A stretch of DNA of 64,000 bases from an uncultured bacterium. GTDB taxonomy: Bacteria > Patescibacteriota > Minisyncoccia > Phycocordibacterales > CAIZLB01. Position numbers and translations under genes: made by a program. Of this stretch, positions 1 through 8,394 are shown one piece after another (position 1 is the first letter of the stretch; every line of letters starts with the position of its first letter). The stretch lies in assembly GCA_903821355.1 (NCBI GenBank), contig CAIJKW010000022.1:423-64422 (forward strand), read 5' to 3'. The notes under the pieces were generated by a model, which was not told where the DNA came from, did not search any database, and worked only from the letters and a program-made list of their open reading frames with translations.

Positions 1-963
1 AACCTGCCATTTGGCGGAGTACAAATCATCGCCGTTGGAGACCTATTTCAACTTCCTCCAGTTGTTACAAGTTATGAGGAGGAAATGTTTTCTTCGTACT
101 ATAAGAGCCCATACTTTTTTGATTCAAAAGTTTTTGTCGATGCAGATTTTAAGTTGATTGAGCTTAATAAAATCTATCGTCAAGACGATGATAAATTTAT
201 AGATATTCTAGAGGGTGTAAGATCTGGAAATATAAGAGACTCGCATTTAGATTTGTTAAATAAAAGACATTGTGACCCAACTGAAGAAAATCTTGATCCG
301 TCAATTTACAATGATTATATTTTTCTTGTTACAACGAATGCCATGGCGGATGCAATTAATAACGGAAAATTAAATGAAATTGAATCGAACAAAATAATTT
401 TTAAAGGTAGAAAGACAGGCTCGTTTGAAAGAAATTTTCCAACAAATGAAGATCTTGCGTTAAAGGAGAACGCAAGAATCATGATGCTAAATAATGACAA
501 AGAGGGAAGATGGGTTAATGGTGATTTGGGTACCGTTACTAAGATAAATGAACATAAGCAAGAAATTTATGTCAGGCTGGAAAATGGCGCGGAAGCAATC
601 GTTCCAAAATATACTTGGGAGATGATTAAGTTTTCATACGATAAAGATTTTGACTCCGTTGATACTGACGTCGTCGGTACTTTTGCACAATTTCCAATTA
701 GACTTGCGTGGGCAATTACTATTCACAAAGGGCAAGGGAAGACCTACAACAACGTGATAGTTGATTTTGGTAGAGGAACTTTCACTCACGGCCAAGCCTA
801 TGTTGCACTTAGTAGGTGCAGAAGCTTGGAGGGTATGATTTTAAAAACTCCGCTAGTAAGGCGTCATATTATGATCGATGAACGCATCGTCGCATTCATG
901 AAAAATATGACCAGTGAAAATAAATCAATATTTATGGGTGATAATGAGCACTTGGCAATTTAG
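1..963 (+). CDS. PIF1/RecD-like SF1B helicase, C-terminal part (5' end lies outside window)
   Basis: Frame-1 translation from nt 1 gives NLPFGGVQIIAVGDLFQLPPV (GDxxQLPPV helicase motif), continuous with ORF 85..963. C-terminus has ITIHKGQGKTY...GQAYVALSRCRSLEGM, typical of PIF1/RecD/TraA-type helicases. Confidence 0.75.
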   Translation, partial: NLPFGGVQIIAVGDLFQLPPVVTSYEEEMFSSYYKSPYFFDSKVFVDADFKLIELNKIYRQDDDKFIDILEGVRSGNIRDSHLDLLNKRHCDPTEENLDPSIYNDYIFLVTTNAMADAINNGKLNEIESNKIIFKGRKTGSFERNFPTNEDLALKENARIMMLNNDKEGRWVNGDLGTVTKINEHKQEIYVRLENGAEAIVPKYTWEMIKFSYDKDFDSVDTDVVGTFAQFPIRLAWAITIHKGQGKTYNNVIVDFGRGTFTHGQAYVALSRCRSLEGMILKTPLVRRHIMIDERIVAFMKNMTSENKSIFMGDNEHLAI

Positions 964-1001
964 GTGAGTAGATGGATAGGTAAAAAGGGCCAGCAGCAGC
1001 G

Positions 1002-1009
1002 CCCCCCCC
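1002..1009. repeat. Homopolymeric C8 tract followed by A7, 3' of the helicase gene and upstream of the ORF at 1083
   Basis: gcccccccct tccaaaaaaa read directly. Flanked by a GGGC...GCCC hairpin. Confidence 0.5.
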
Positions 1010-1082
1010 TTCCAAAAAAATTGAACTCAGCCTGTATTTAAGGTATAATTCAAATATCAATCATCAAGCTTAAAATAATTTT

Positions 1083-1436
1083 ATGACAATCGGTATACCA
1101 AATTTTGATAAAAACGAAGAAATCTTAGATCCAGAACTAAGACATCTTAAGGAGATTGTTGACCCTTTGATAGAAAATGCTCCAGATGAAAAGCTGAGTC
1201 CAAATTTTTATGTAACTCTTCCAGACGGTACAGTTGAGTTTATTCCTAAAAAAGATATACATGGGAGATTTGATGACCCTTCTGTCGAGTATGTAAATGA
1301 AGATGGAAATGTGGTTAAAGAACATCTTGGAGAGAAGGATGGTAAATTTGAATCCATAGGTCAGGCGGAACATTTTGAAAGTAAAAAACATTCTCCCGAT
1401 TACGACCCTCGTCAAATAGAACTTAAGCTTGATTAA
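1083..1436 (+). CDS. Hypothetical acidic protein (117 aa)
   Basis: ORF with protein-like composition (D/E-rich). TATAAT-like box at 1043-1048. The antisense ORF 1137..1466 looks like an AT-rich artefact. Confidence 0.4.
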   Translation: MTIGIPNFDKNEEILDPELRHLKEIVDPLIENAPDEKLSPNFYVTLPDGTVEFIPKKDIHGRFDDPSVEYVNEDGNVVKEHLGEKDGKFESIGQAEHFESKKHSPDYDPRQIELKLD

Positions 1437-1452
1437 CAAACACCTTTTTTGG

Positions 1453-2727
1453 CTAATGCGCGACACCTGAACCTATAGTTGTAATTTGCAGATTCTTTGG
1501 TGTGAAAGAATCCAGCTCTATATATGAAGGTATCTTTATATTGTCTTTATTGATTGTGATGTTATTTTCTCCAGCATTAAACTTACTTGCATCAACTATG
1601 GCGTGAACATCTTCCTGTTTTAAATTAGCAACATCTTTATTGCTTCCCATAACAGTTATTTTTACTGTGCTCTGAGAGTTTGCACTAATTGTCATATCCG
1701 ATTTTAGATATTTGAATTCTACTGGAACAGAATATGTATTTTTTACAACACCCGCTGTATAGACAAGAAAGAACCAAAACAATACAGATAAAACTAAGGC
1801 AATAATTTTTGTAGTACTATTTTTAATCAGAAAATAATGTGCTAAGCCCTTCGATTTATTTGAAGAATCAACTTCGTCATCGGCAAACTTATGAATTATG
1901 TTTGCTAATTCTTCAGGTGTCGCAATCTTTTTAAGATTGCCGTCTTGCGAAACAGAAACTTCACCTCTTTCTTCTGAGACAACAATCGCGAGCGCGTCAG
2001 TTTTTTCTGTTATTCCAGCTGTGGCACGATGTCTTGTTCCAACTCTACTGTACTCCGTAAATTCACGCGCCAAAGGCAGGTGAAGTCCAAACATCTTAAT
2101 TCTAGAGCCTTCAATGAGCATGGCGCCATCGTGTCCGGGAGATGTCGGATCAAAGATGCTCAAAATAAGCGGTCTGGAGATTTGACCATCAAGAGGAAAG
2201 CCGCCCTCGATAAGATCATCCAGTGGATACTGACCAGGTAGAACAATTATTGCGCCTATTCTCTGTTTTGCCATATCAAAAACTGATCTAACGATTGTCT
2301 GTGTATTTTCTTCGGGAAGAGAAAGAGCCTTAGCAAAAGTTGTTTTTCTGCCAGCACTAAACCATTTGAAAAACTTTCTGATTTCCGGCTGAAAGACGAC
2401 GACAAAAATCGCAATAAAAAAGGTAAGTAGCGGTTCAAAAATTTGTCTAGTCAATGCAAGGTCAAATTTCTGAGAAATAAAATTTATACCTAGGAGAATG
2501 ACGATGGCGCTAAATATAAAATTTGATCTAGTTTGCTTAATAAAAATTAGAACGAGGTAAATACAGGCGGCGACAATTATTATGTCAAAAATATCCCTCA
2601 CTGATATTGAGAGAAGGGTAGATGTAACCTGACTTGGTAATGACCATAGACCCGCCATTAAATCCGTTGAATTTGGTAGATTATTGAACATATACTTTTT
2701 TATAACATATTTCCTTATATCAGACAA
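1453..2727 (-). CDS. cdaA: Diadenylate cyclase CdaA (DisA_N domain) fused to a C-terminal YbbR/CdaR-like domain
   Basis: N-terminal TM helices, then the DAC domain (TRHRATAGITEKTDALAIVVSEERGEVSVS; DGAMLIEG). C-terminal roughly 150 aa YbbR-like beta-rich repeat region after an extra TM. Alternative internal starts at 2691 or 2658. Confidence 0.75.
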   Translation of the reverse strand: MSDIRKYVIKKYMFNNLPNSTDLMAGLWSLPSQVTSTLLSISVRDIFDIIIVAACIYLVLIFIKQTRSNFIFSAIVILLGINFISQKFDLALTRQIFEPLLTFFIAIFVVVFQPEIRKFFKWFSAGRKTTFAKALSLPEENTQTIVRSVFDMAKQRIGAIIVLPGQYPLDDLIEGGFPLDGQISRPLILSIFDPTSPGHDGAMLIEGSRIKMFGLHLPLAREFTEYSRVGTRHRATAGITEKTDALAIVVSEERGEVSVSQDGNLKKIATPEELANIIHKFADDEVDSSNKSKGLAHYFLIKNSTTKIIALVLSVLFWFFLVYTAGVVKNTYSVPVEFKYLKSDMTISANSQSTVKITVMGSNKDVANLKQEDVHAIVDASKFNAGENNITINKDNIKIPSYIELDSFTPKNLQITTIGSGVAH

Positions 2728-2828
2728 CAGTTATTGACTTTTTGGAAATTTCATGTAGTGTTGTAAGCGGACTTTCTGTCCAGTCACACAATAATCCAGA
2801 TTCAACCCCACAGAAAAAACAAAGAACA

Positions 2829-3722
2829 ATGAAAACAAAAACAACAATCGGGGGCTTTATCGCCCTCCTCTTTGCTGCCGCTTCGGCGACGGCAACACCG
2901 CCGCCGCTACCACCAACAGTGGTTGTGAAAGCAGCCATCGTTGTCAACGGGTCGCCAACCTCAACCACCGTCGCCACCTTGCCAGCAAAGGTGACCGTGG
3001 CTGATGTTGGTCTCAGTCAGATCGTCCATCTTGGTACGGGCCTGCAGTTTGAGTTCCAAGACTCAGCAGGACACCCTGTCAACGTGGATGGTTTCAAGGC
3101 CGCCAAGGCAGAGCACTCACTCATCGGCAACGGCACCGCATTCTGGACAAATACCCCATTGGGGTCTTTTCATCCAGATGACCAAGGGTCACCGGATTAT
3201 CATGTCTACAACGCCTCTGGCGCTGACGTGACTCCGTCCTCTGGTTTTGTTACCGGCTACATGGGCGATAATTCGGGAGCAGTTCTGCCTCCGATGTCCA
3301 GGTTCCAGGTCCTAGACCAGACGATTACGCTTGGAGGTACATCAGGCCGTCCGCTGCTCGCTGCCGCTGGCAATTACTACAGCTTCACTTACACTTGGGT
3401 CTTTTCGTACTCCTACGGGGGCACGACTTACACCAAGACACTGTCGTCATCCGACACAGAGGTGATGGTTCAAGTGGTTGCTGGGTTGCCGGACTTTTTC
3501 AAGGGAGAGGAGGGGGTTGTCCCCCCATGTCTCATTCACCTTGAGGTAAGTGAGAACCTTGCCGATTGGGTTATTCCTCCCGGCGTGGTGATTCCAAACC
3601 CTCGTCCGACGAATATTTTGAATATCGTTGACCTGCTGAAATCAACCTCAGCTTTTTCAGGCCAAACAAACGGCGGCGTCACCCGATTCTACAGATACGT
3701 TCAGAGCCCAATTCTGCCGTAG
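2829..3722 (+). CDS. Secreted protein of unknown function, GC-rich (likely horizontally acquired)
   Basis: Start chosen at MKTKTTIGGFIALLFAAASA, a signal-peptide-like N-terminus. Pro/Thr-rich linker. The ORF is markedly GC-rich relative to its flanks. Confidence 0.5.
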   Translation: MKTKTTIGGFIALLFAAASATATPPPLPPTVVVKAAIVVNGSPTSTTVATLPAKVTVADVGLSQIVHLGTGLQFEFQDSAGHPVNVDGFKAAKAEHSLIGNGTAFWTNTPLGSFHPDDQGSPDYHVYNASGADVTPSSGFVTGYMGDNSGAVLPPMSRFQVLDQTITLGGTSGRPLLAAAGNYYSFTYTWVFSYSYGGTTYTKTLSSSDTEVMVQVVAGLPDFFKGEEGVVPPCLIHLEVSENLADWVIPPGVVIPNPRPTNILNIVDLLKSTSAFSGQTNGGVTRFYRYVQSPILP

Positions 3723-3749
3723 ATGTGAATGGAATCGGCTGGATCCAGT

Positions 3750-3790
3750 CACGGAAACGCCCGTGCCCCAAGTGGGTGCGGGTGTTTTTT
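3750..3790 (+). terminator. GC-rich hairpin cluster followed by a T-run
   Basis: cacgg-aaacgc-ccgtg hairpin plus GC-rich stem, then gtgtttttt. Confidence 0.4.
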
Positions 3791-3863
3791 CTATAATTTT
3801 TTCTTGACATTTTAATTTTAATCTGGTACCATCATGTGATTAGAAAAGTTATAAATCATTATT

Positions 3864-4832
3864 ATGTTTACAAAAAATATTAAAGTAATCGCCTGTTCAG
3901 CACTCATATTGGGCTCATCATTGTTTCTTTTGATGATAATCTTTGGTGTGTCAGGCGTAAATGCGGCATCGGGTTCGGATTCAGAAACAACTGACACAAC
4001 ATCAGTGGTTGTAGAAAACTCATACACTCTATGCCATGATGGTATGGACAATGACAACAACGGAACAACAGACATGGGAGACAGAAACTGTTCAAATTTT
4101 ACTACAGCACCAGCTACAACAACTGATACAACATCATTAGTTGTAGAAAACTCATACTCTCTATGTCATGATGGTATGGACAATGACAACAATGGAACAA
4201 CAGATATGGGAGACAGAAATTGTTCCAACTTTGTTTCAATAGCAACTCCAGAACTTGACACAACATCAGTGGTTGTAGAAAACTCATACACTCTATGCCA
4301 TGATGGTATGGACAATGACAACAACGGAACAACAGACATGGGAGACAGAAATTGTGCAGGTCACGATACAAGACCAGCTACTACAACACCTCAAAACCCA
4401 GTTATAATATCAACAGGTGGTGGAAGTAGTTCTTCAGGAAGTTATCTACCAGGCTTTGGAGGTCTATCCACTGGATCAGTTTTGGGTGCAGCTATTGATA
4501 CAGAGTCTACATCGACATCTTGCGATAGCCTATTTAAAACTTTCATGAGAAAGGGATACAAGAATAACAAAGCGGAAGTTATTAAATTACAAAAATTCTT
4601 GAATACAGAGCTTAATATAAAATTACCTGTAACAGGAACTTTTGGTTCACTGACTGACAAGGCGGTAAGAGAGTTTCAACTGAAGAAGGCAAATATAGTT
4701 TTGGTTCCTTGGGTTAAGGCAGGTCTTATGAAGAACATAACTTCTACCGGATACTTCTATAGAACAACTCAATTTGCAGCAAATCAAATATTATGTCCAA
4801 GCACGGTAGTTGATGCTCCAATCTTGAAATAA
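3864..4832 (+). CDS. Secreted tandem-repeat protein: three MopE-like Cys/Asp motifs plus a C-terminal PG_binding_1-like domain
   Basis: Signal peptide. Three 44-aa repeats TTSVVVENSY(T/S)LCHDGMDNDNNGTTDMGDRNC. C-terminus KLQKFLNTELNIKLPVTGTFGSLTDKAVREFQ matches the peptidoglycan-binding domain pattern. Confidence 0.6.
   Translation: MFTKNIKVIACSALILGSSLFLLMIIFGVSGVNAASGSDSETTDTTSVVVENSYTLCHDGMDNDNNGTTDMGDRNCSNFTTAPATTTDTTSLVVENSYSLCHDGMDNDNNGTTDMGDRNCSNFVSIATPELDTTSVVVENSYTLCHDGMDNDNNGTTDMGDRNCAGHDTRPATTTPQNPVIISTGGGSSSSGSYLPGFGGLSTGSVLGAAIDTESTSTSCDSLFKTFMRKGYKNNKAEVIKLQKFLNTELNIKLPVTGTFGSLTDKAVREFQLKKANIVLVPWVKAGLMKNITSTGYFYRTTQFAANQILCPSTVVDAPILK
3996..4391 (+). repeat. Three tandem 132-bp direct repeats inside the CDS
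   Basis: Units start near 3996, 4128 and 4260. Units 1 and 3 are nearly identical at nucleotide level; unit 2 has diverged. Confidence 0.85.
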
Positions 4833-4961
4833 CAAGAATATCTAAAAAGATGTAAGGAATCTTAAAAAACAAAAAACTATCCGTAAGGGTGGTTTTTTGT
4901 TATAATGTCGATATCGAAAGTATTTGTGAATAATTAATAAAAACAAAGAAAATTCGTCAAA

Positions 4962-5912
4962 ATGAAAAAACTAATAAGAAAAACTTTTATACACAGAAAT
5001 GAAAAGATGCCATATTTGTGGACCGGAGCCGGAGTTTCTATTTTGTCAGTAGTTATTTTGGCTCTTGTCGTCTTTGCTCAGTTTCATCAATATATTTTTC
5101 TAAAAATTAATCACGGACTTTCAGGTTCAGTAATTAATTCTGTTGTGGTTGATATGACAAATCAAGAAAGAGCTTCACTTGGATTAGGCGAACTAAAGAC
5201 CAACGAAGCACTAAGAAAAGCCGCTCAAGCAAAAGCGGATGACATGGCCAAGAGCGGGTATTTTGCACATCAGAGTCCAGACGGAAAAACTCCATGGTAT
5301 TGGATAGATCAGACTGGCTATACTTACAAAGCGGCGGGGGAGAACTTGGCAGTGAATTTTGACTATTCAAGGGATGTTGTAAATGCTTGGATGAATTCGC
5401 CAACACACAAAGCTAATATCGTTAAAGCAAAATATCAAGAAATTGGAATAGGAATTGCAGAAGGTTTTTATCTTGGTCGCCCAACAGTTTTTGTTGTGCA
5501 GATGTTTGGAACACCAAAAGGGGATATCGGATTTGGCAACGCACCAACTTTGACGATGAATACAACCGCGACAGCAAATGTGTCAACCACCACCGCTGTA
5601 GCTACAACCAGCACAACGACGACTGCCGTGGCGGGCGCAACAGCCATCTCGACAACAAAAGTCTTGGGCGCTTCTTTTGACACCATCTCTCTTTACGATT
5701 TACTTTTCTCTGGAAAAATCAGGACTATCGTATTAAGCACCATCATAATACTAATTATTTTGGTTCTTCTCCTTGCTCTCACAAATCCAAACGGTAAGAT
5801 GATTGTTAAGATTGCCAAAATGGCCTTAATTCCTTTAACTATACTTTTGATTGCCTATATTGTCCTAATTCTGAAGAGTGGCACAGCGGAAAGTAGCTTT
5901 CTGGAGTTCTAA
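4962..5912 (+). CDS. CAP/SCP/PR-1 (YkwD-like) domain protein, with N-terminal TM, Thr-rich linker and C-terminal TM
   Basis: NQERASLGL...ALRKAAQAKADDMAKSGYFAHQSPDGKTPW...GENLAVNF...AWMNSPTHKANIV matches the CAP domain consensus. TATAAT at 4903-4908. Confidence 0.65.
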   Translation: MKKLIRKTFIHRNEKMPYLWTGAGVSILSVVILALVVFAQFHQYIFLKINHGLSGSVINSVVVDMTNQERASLGLGELKTNEALRKAAQAKADDMAKSGYFAHQSPDGKTPWYWIDQTGYTYKAAGENLAVNFDYSRDVVNAWMNSPTHKANIVKAKYQEIGIGIAEGFYLGRPTVFVVQMFGTPKGDIGFGNAPTLTMNTTATANVSTTTAVATTSTTTTAVAGATAISTTKVLGASFDTISLYDLLFSGKIRTIVLSTIIILIILVLLLALTNPNGKMIVKIAKMALIPLTILLIAYIVLILKSGTAESSFLEF

Positions 5913-6034
5913 TTAAGTGTTTCTGACATTTAAGTATTGACAATATTAACATAATATGCCAATATATGGTCTGACATCGGAGGTCTTTGTCAGTCTGTTA
6001 TTCTAGTTTCAACTCAAACAATTCACAACCAAAA

Positions 6035-6241
6035 ATGAAACCGCGAGATATTGTAATTGCAGTGGGTGGTGCATGTATTGTGTGCTACTTTATCATCCTA
6101 GGTGGCAACGCGTGGCTCTATAACCACGCCAGCCATGAGTCAATCAAAGCACTCCTTCCAAAGGAGAATATAATCACCCCGGCAAAAGCGCCTAACAAGG
6201 CGCCGTCGGTGGAAGTATCAGAAATCATCAGGCAGCACTAG
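6035..6241 (+). CDS. Small membrane protein (68 aa)
   Basis: Start chosen at MKPRDIVIAVGG, internal to ORF 5987..6241. One TM helix. Followed by an intrinsic terminator. Confidence 0.4.
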   Translation: MKPRDIVIAVGGACIVCYFIILGGNAWLYNHASHESIKALLPKENIITPAKAPNKAPSVEVSEIIRQH

Positions 6242-6265
6242 CCAAAACAATTAGTGTAGGATTCG

Positions 6266-6299
6266 TTGGCGCCGGCAATTCTGCCGGCGCCTTTTGTTG
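6266..6299 (+). terminator. Rho-independent terminator
   Basis: ggcgccggca-attc-tgccggcgcc perfect 10-bp stem, then TTTTGTTGT. Confidence 0.8.
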
Positions 6300-6370
6300 T
6301 ATCAAAAATGTTTGATGGACAAAATCGTCAAAAGTTATAAACTTAAAGCCTTACAAATTTAAATACAAAC

Positions 6371-7132
6371 ATGGACTTAACATTTATAATAGTAGTTATC
6401 GTAGTAATTCTTTTGACGATGTCACTTAAAGTCGTAAAAGAATATGACAGAGGCGTCATCTTTTTCCTAGGAAAAGTGACTGGTGTTCGCGGGCCTGGAC
6501 TTATCATCCTCATCCCAATTTTTGAGCAGATGACAAAGGTGTCGCTTAGAACAATTACGATGAGCATTCCTTCGCAAAAAATTATTACAAAAGATAATGT
6601 TTCAATTGATATCGCGGCGGTTGCGTATTATCACATTTTGGATCCGCAGAAGTCAGTTGTTGCAATTGAAGATGTTTATAGTGCAGTTAATCAAATTAGT
6701 CAGACAACGGTTAGAAATATCGTTGGGCAATTTGAGCTGGATCAATTGTTGCAAAAGACGGGGCAAATTAATGTGCAGATTAAGGAAGTGATCGATATTC
6801 ATACAGAGCCATGGGGAATTCAAGTTACTGCTGTTGAGATTAAAGACATTACTTTGCCTGACAATATGCAAAGAGCGATGGCCAAGGAGGCGGAGGCTGA
6901 GCGTGAGCGTCGTGCCAAGATTGTTGCGGCTGAAGGAGAGTTCCAAGCTGCGGTTAAGCTTTGCGAGGCGGCAGATCTAATTTCCGCGCATCCTGTTGCA
7001 CTACAATTGCGCACTCTTCAGACGATGGCGGAAATCTCCGTGGAAAAGAACTCGACAATCATTTTCCCTGCGCAGTTTATGACGACGGTGAGCGAGGCGA
7101 TTTCCATGATTAGAGGTGATGTGAAGAAATAG
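6371..7132 (+). CDS. SPFH/band-7 (stomatin-like) membrane protein
   Basis: N-terminal TM. VKEYDRGVIFFLGK...PSQKIITKDNVSIDIAAVAYY...AKEAEAERERRAKIVAAEGE is typical of stomatin/prohibitin family. Confidence 0.85.
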   Translation: MDLTFIIVVIVVILLTMSLKVVKEYDRGVIFFLGKVTGVRGPGLIILIPIFEQMTKVSLRTITMSIPSQKIITKDNVSIDIAAVAYYHILDPQKSVVAIEDVYSAVNQISQTTVRNIVGQFELDQLLQKTGQINVQIKEVIDIHTEPWGIQVTAVEIKDITLPDNMQRAMAKEAEAERERRAKIVAAEGEFQAAVKLCEAADLISAHPVALQLRTLQTMAEISVEKNSTIIFPAQFMTTVSEAISMIRGDVKK

Positions 7133-7172
7133 GCGGGTGGTGCGGGATGGAGAACAGATAGGGTTGGTTAAA

Positions 7173-7201
7173 CAAAGGGCGCCGTGAGGCGTCTTTTTTG
7201 T
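7173..7201 (+). terminator. Probable intrinsic terminator
   Basis: aagggcgcc-gtga-ggcgtcttt hairpin with G-U pairs, then TTTTTTG. Confidence 0.5.
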
Positions 7202-7208
7202 CAAAAAC

Positions 7209-7268
7209 TAGTGAATGACAGGTTGTTTTAACCCTCCATTCACTAAAAAATGGCAAAATTTAGTGAAT
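7209..7268 (+). promoter_or_regulatory. Three-arm element able to form two mutually exclusive hairpins
   Basis: Arm A tagtgaatg (7209-7217) and arm C tttagtgaatg (7258-7268) are both complementary to the central arm B cattcactaaa (7237-7247). Confidence 0.3.
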
Positions 7269-7539
7269 GAGAAGTAAAGACGAGAGACGTCCAGTGGATT
7301 TTTGTCTGTTTTTGTTTTGTCTGTAATATTTTTGCTTCTCGTTCGTTTTATTAAATATCACAAGCTCATCCCAGTGCTATACACTGTGTAAGGCTAGGGT
7401 AATTTAGTGAGCGACCCAGTAGGTCATCCTGCTGGATGACATGCACTTTAGAGCCGACTCATGGTTGTAATACCATGAACCCATATGTCAAAGCTTTATA
7501 TTGATGTATAGACTAGATATATTGCTGGGTAATATTGTC

Positions 7540-7572
7540 AAAACAGAGACGCTTAGGTGTCTCTGTTTTGCA
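7540..7572. terminator. Bidirectional intrinsic terminator
   Basis: aaaacagagac-gcttaggt-gtctctgtttt: 11-bp stem flanked by an A-run and a T-run. Confidence 0.6.
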
Positions 7573-7636
7573 TATTATGTAGAGTTTTTTTACATCAAGC
7601 TTAAACTTTTTTACGTTTCTTAATATATTTATATCA

Positions 7637-8146
7637 ATGATTACTAATGAAAAAAAAGAAAAAGAGGAATCTCCAGATTATGAAAAGTATAAACAAATGA
7701 TATTGGCTTTTTTGCGACTGGAGAAAAGTATTACAAAAATAAAGTTTGCCAAGCTATTATATTTTGCTGATTTTGCATGGTTTTATAACAATCTCAAAAG
7801 TATGAGTGGAATGCAATATAGAAAAATTCAACAATATGGTCCTATTGCTGATTCGTACTTTAGAATTGTCGATGAGATGTATGACCAAGGTGAAATAAGA
7901 ATTAATCACATAAAAGACGGTGCAACACTCATCTCTTCAACCAGAAGTGGAGATATGATGTATTTGCATAAAATTGCAAAAGCAGAATTCGCCTTAATCA
8001 AAAAAATAGAAAAAAAGTGGAAAGATGAAAAGACTTCTGAAATAGTCGATTTTACTCGCAAACAACTGCCTTTTCTACTGGCACATGAAAATGAAATAGT
8101 ATCATACGATGTATTTGGTCAAGAAGATCCTGATAAAATATTTTAG
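7637..8146 (+). CDS. Panacea (DUF4065, SocA-like antitoxin) domain protein
   Basis: KFAKLLYFADFAWFYNNLKSMSGMQYRKIQQYGPIADSYFRIVDEM matches the Panacea/SocA consensus (KLqKLLYFa...W..yGPv...Y). Confidence 0.55.
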   Translation: MITNEKKEKEESPDYEKYKQMILAFLRLEKSITKIKFAKLLYFADFAWFYNNLKSMSGMQYRKIQQYGPIADSYFRIVDEMYDQGEIRINHIKDGATLISSTRSGDMMYLHKIAKAEFALIKKIEKKWKDEKTSEIVDFTRKQLPFLLAHENEIVSYDVFGQEDPDKIF

Positions 8147-8333
8147 TTGTTTATACGAGCTTTTTTTCTCAAATTGACTTTTGAATTCAGTGGATATATA
8201 ATCTCAGTAGAAGTATGCAATAATAGCTTTTCAGGCGCTTGAGTGTTCCCTCAGAGGATCTGGGGTATAAATGATAAATCATTTATGTAGCTTAAGAACA
8301 CCGCCTGACTAGACGCTACTTCTAACAAAGTAA

Positions 8334-8356
8334 GTCTGCTTGGCAGGCTTTTTTTG
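8334..8356. terminator. Terminator shared by the convergent genes
   Basis: gtctgc-ttg-gcaggc hairpin followed by TTTTTTTGTT. Confidence 0.6.
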
Positions 8357-8394
8357 TTAGTATTAAAATGTTTTTATATAAGTATTCATTGTAT

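Noticed and set aside
1137-1466. 109-aa minus-strand ORF overlapping the 1083..1436 plus-strand ORF
   Set aside because: Extremely F/I/K/L-rich composition. The plus-strand frame has more protein-like composition and a plausible promoter.
3904-4371. Minus-strand ORFs 3904..4095 and 4114..4371 with repeated CCHCPYHHGIECMSF segments
   Set aside because: They are the antisense reflection of the 132-bp tandem repeats in the 3864..4832 gene. No independent signals.
7504-7623. 39-codon ORF just upstream of the Panacea gene, considered as a possible toxin partner
   Set aside because: Its coding sequence spans a strong terminator hairpin (7540-7572). No RBS. Composition (F/Y/L/I-rich) looks like AT-rich noise.
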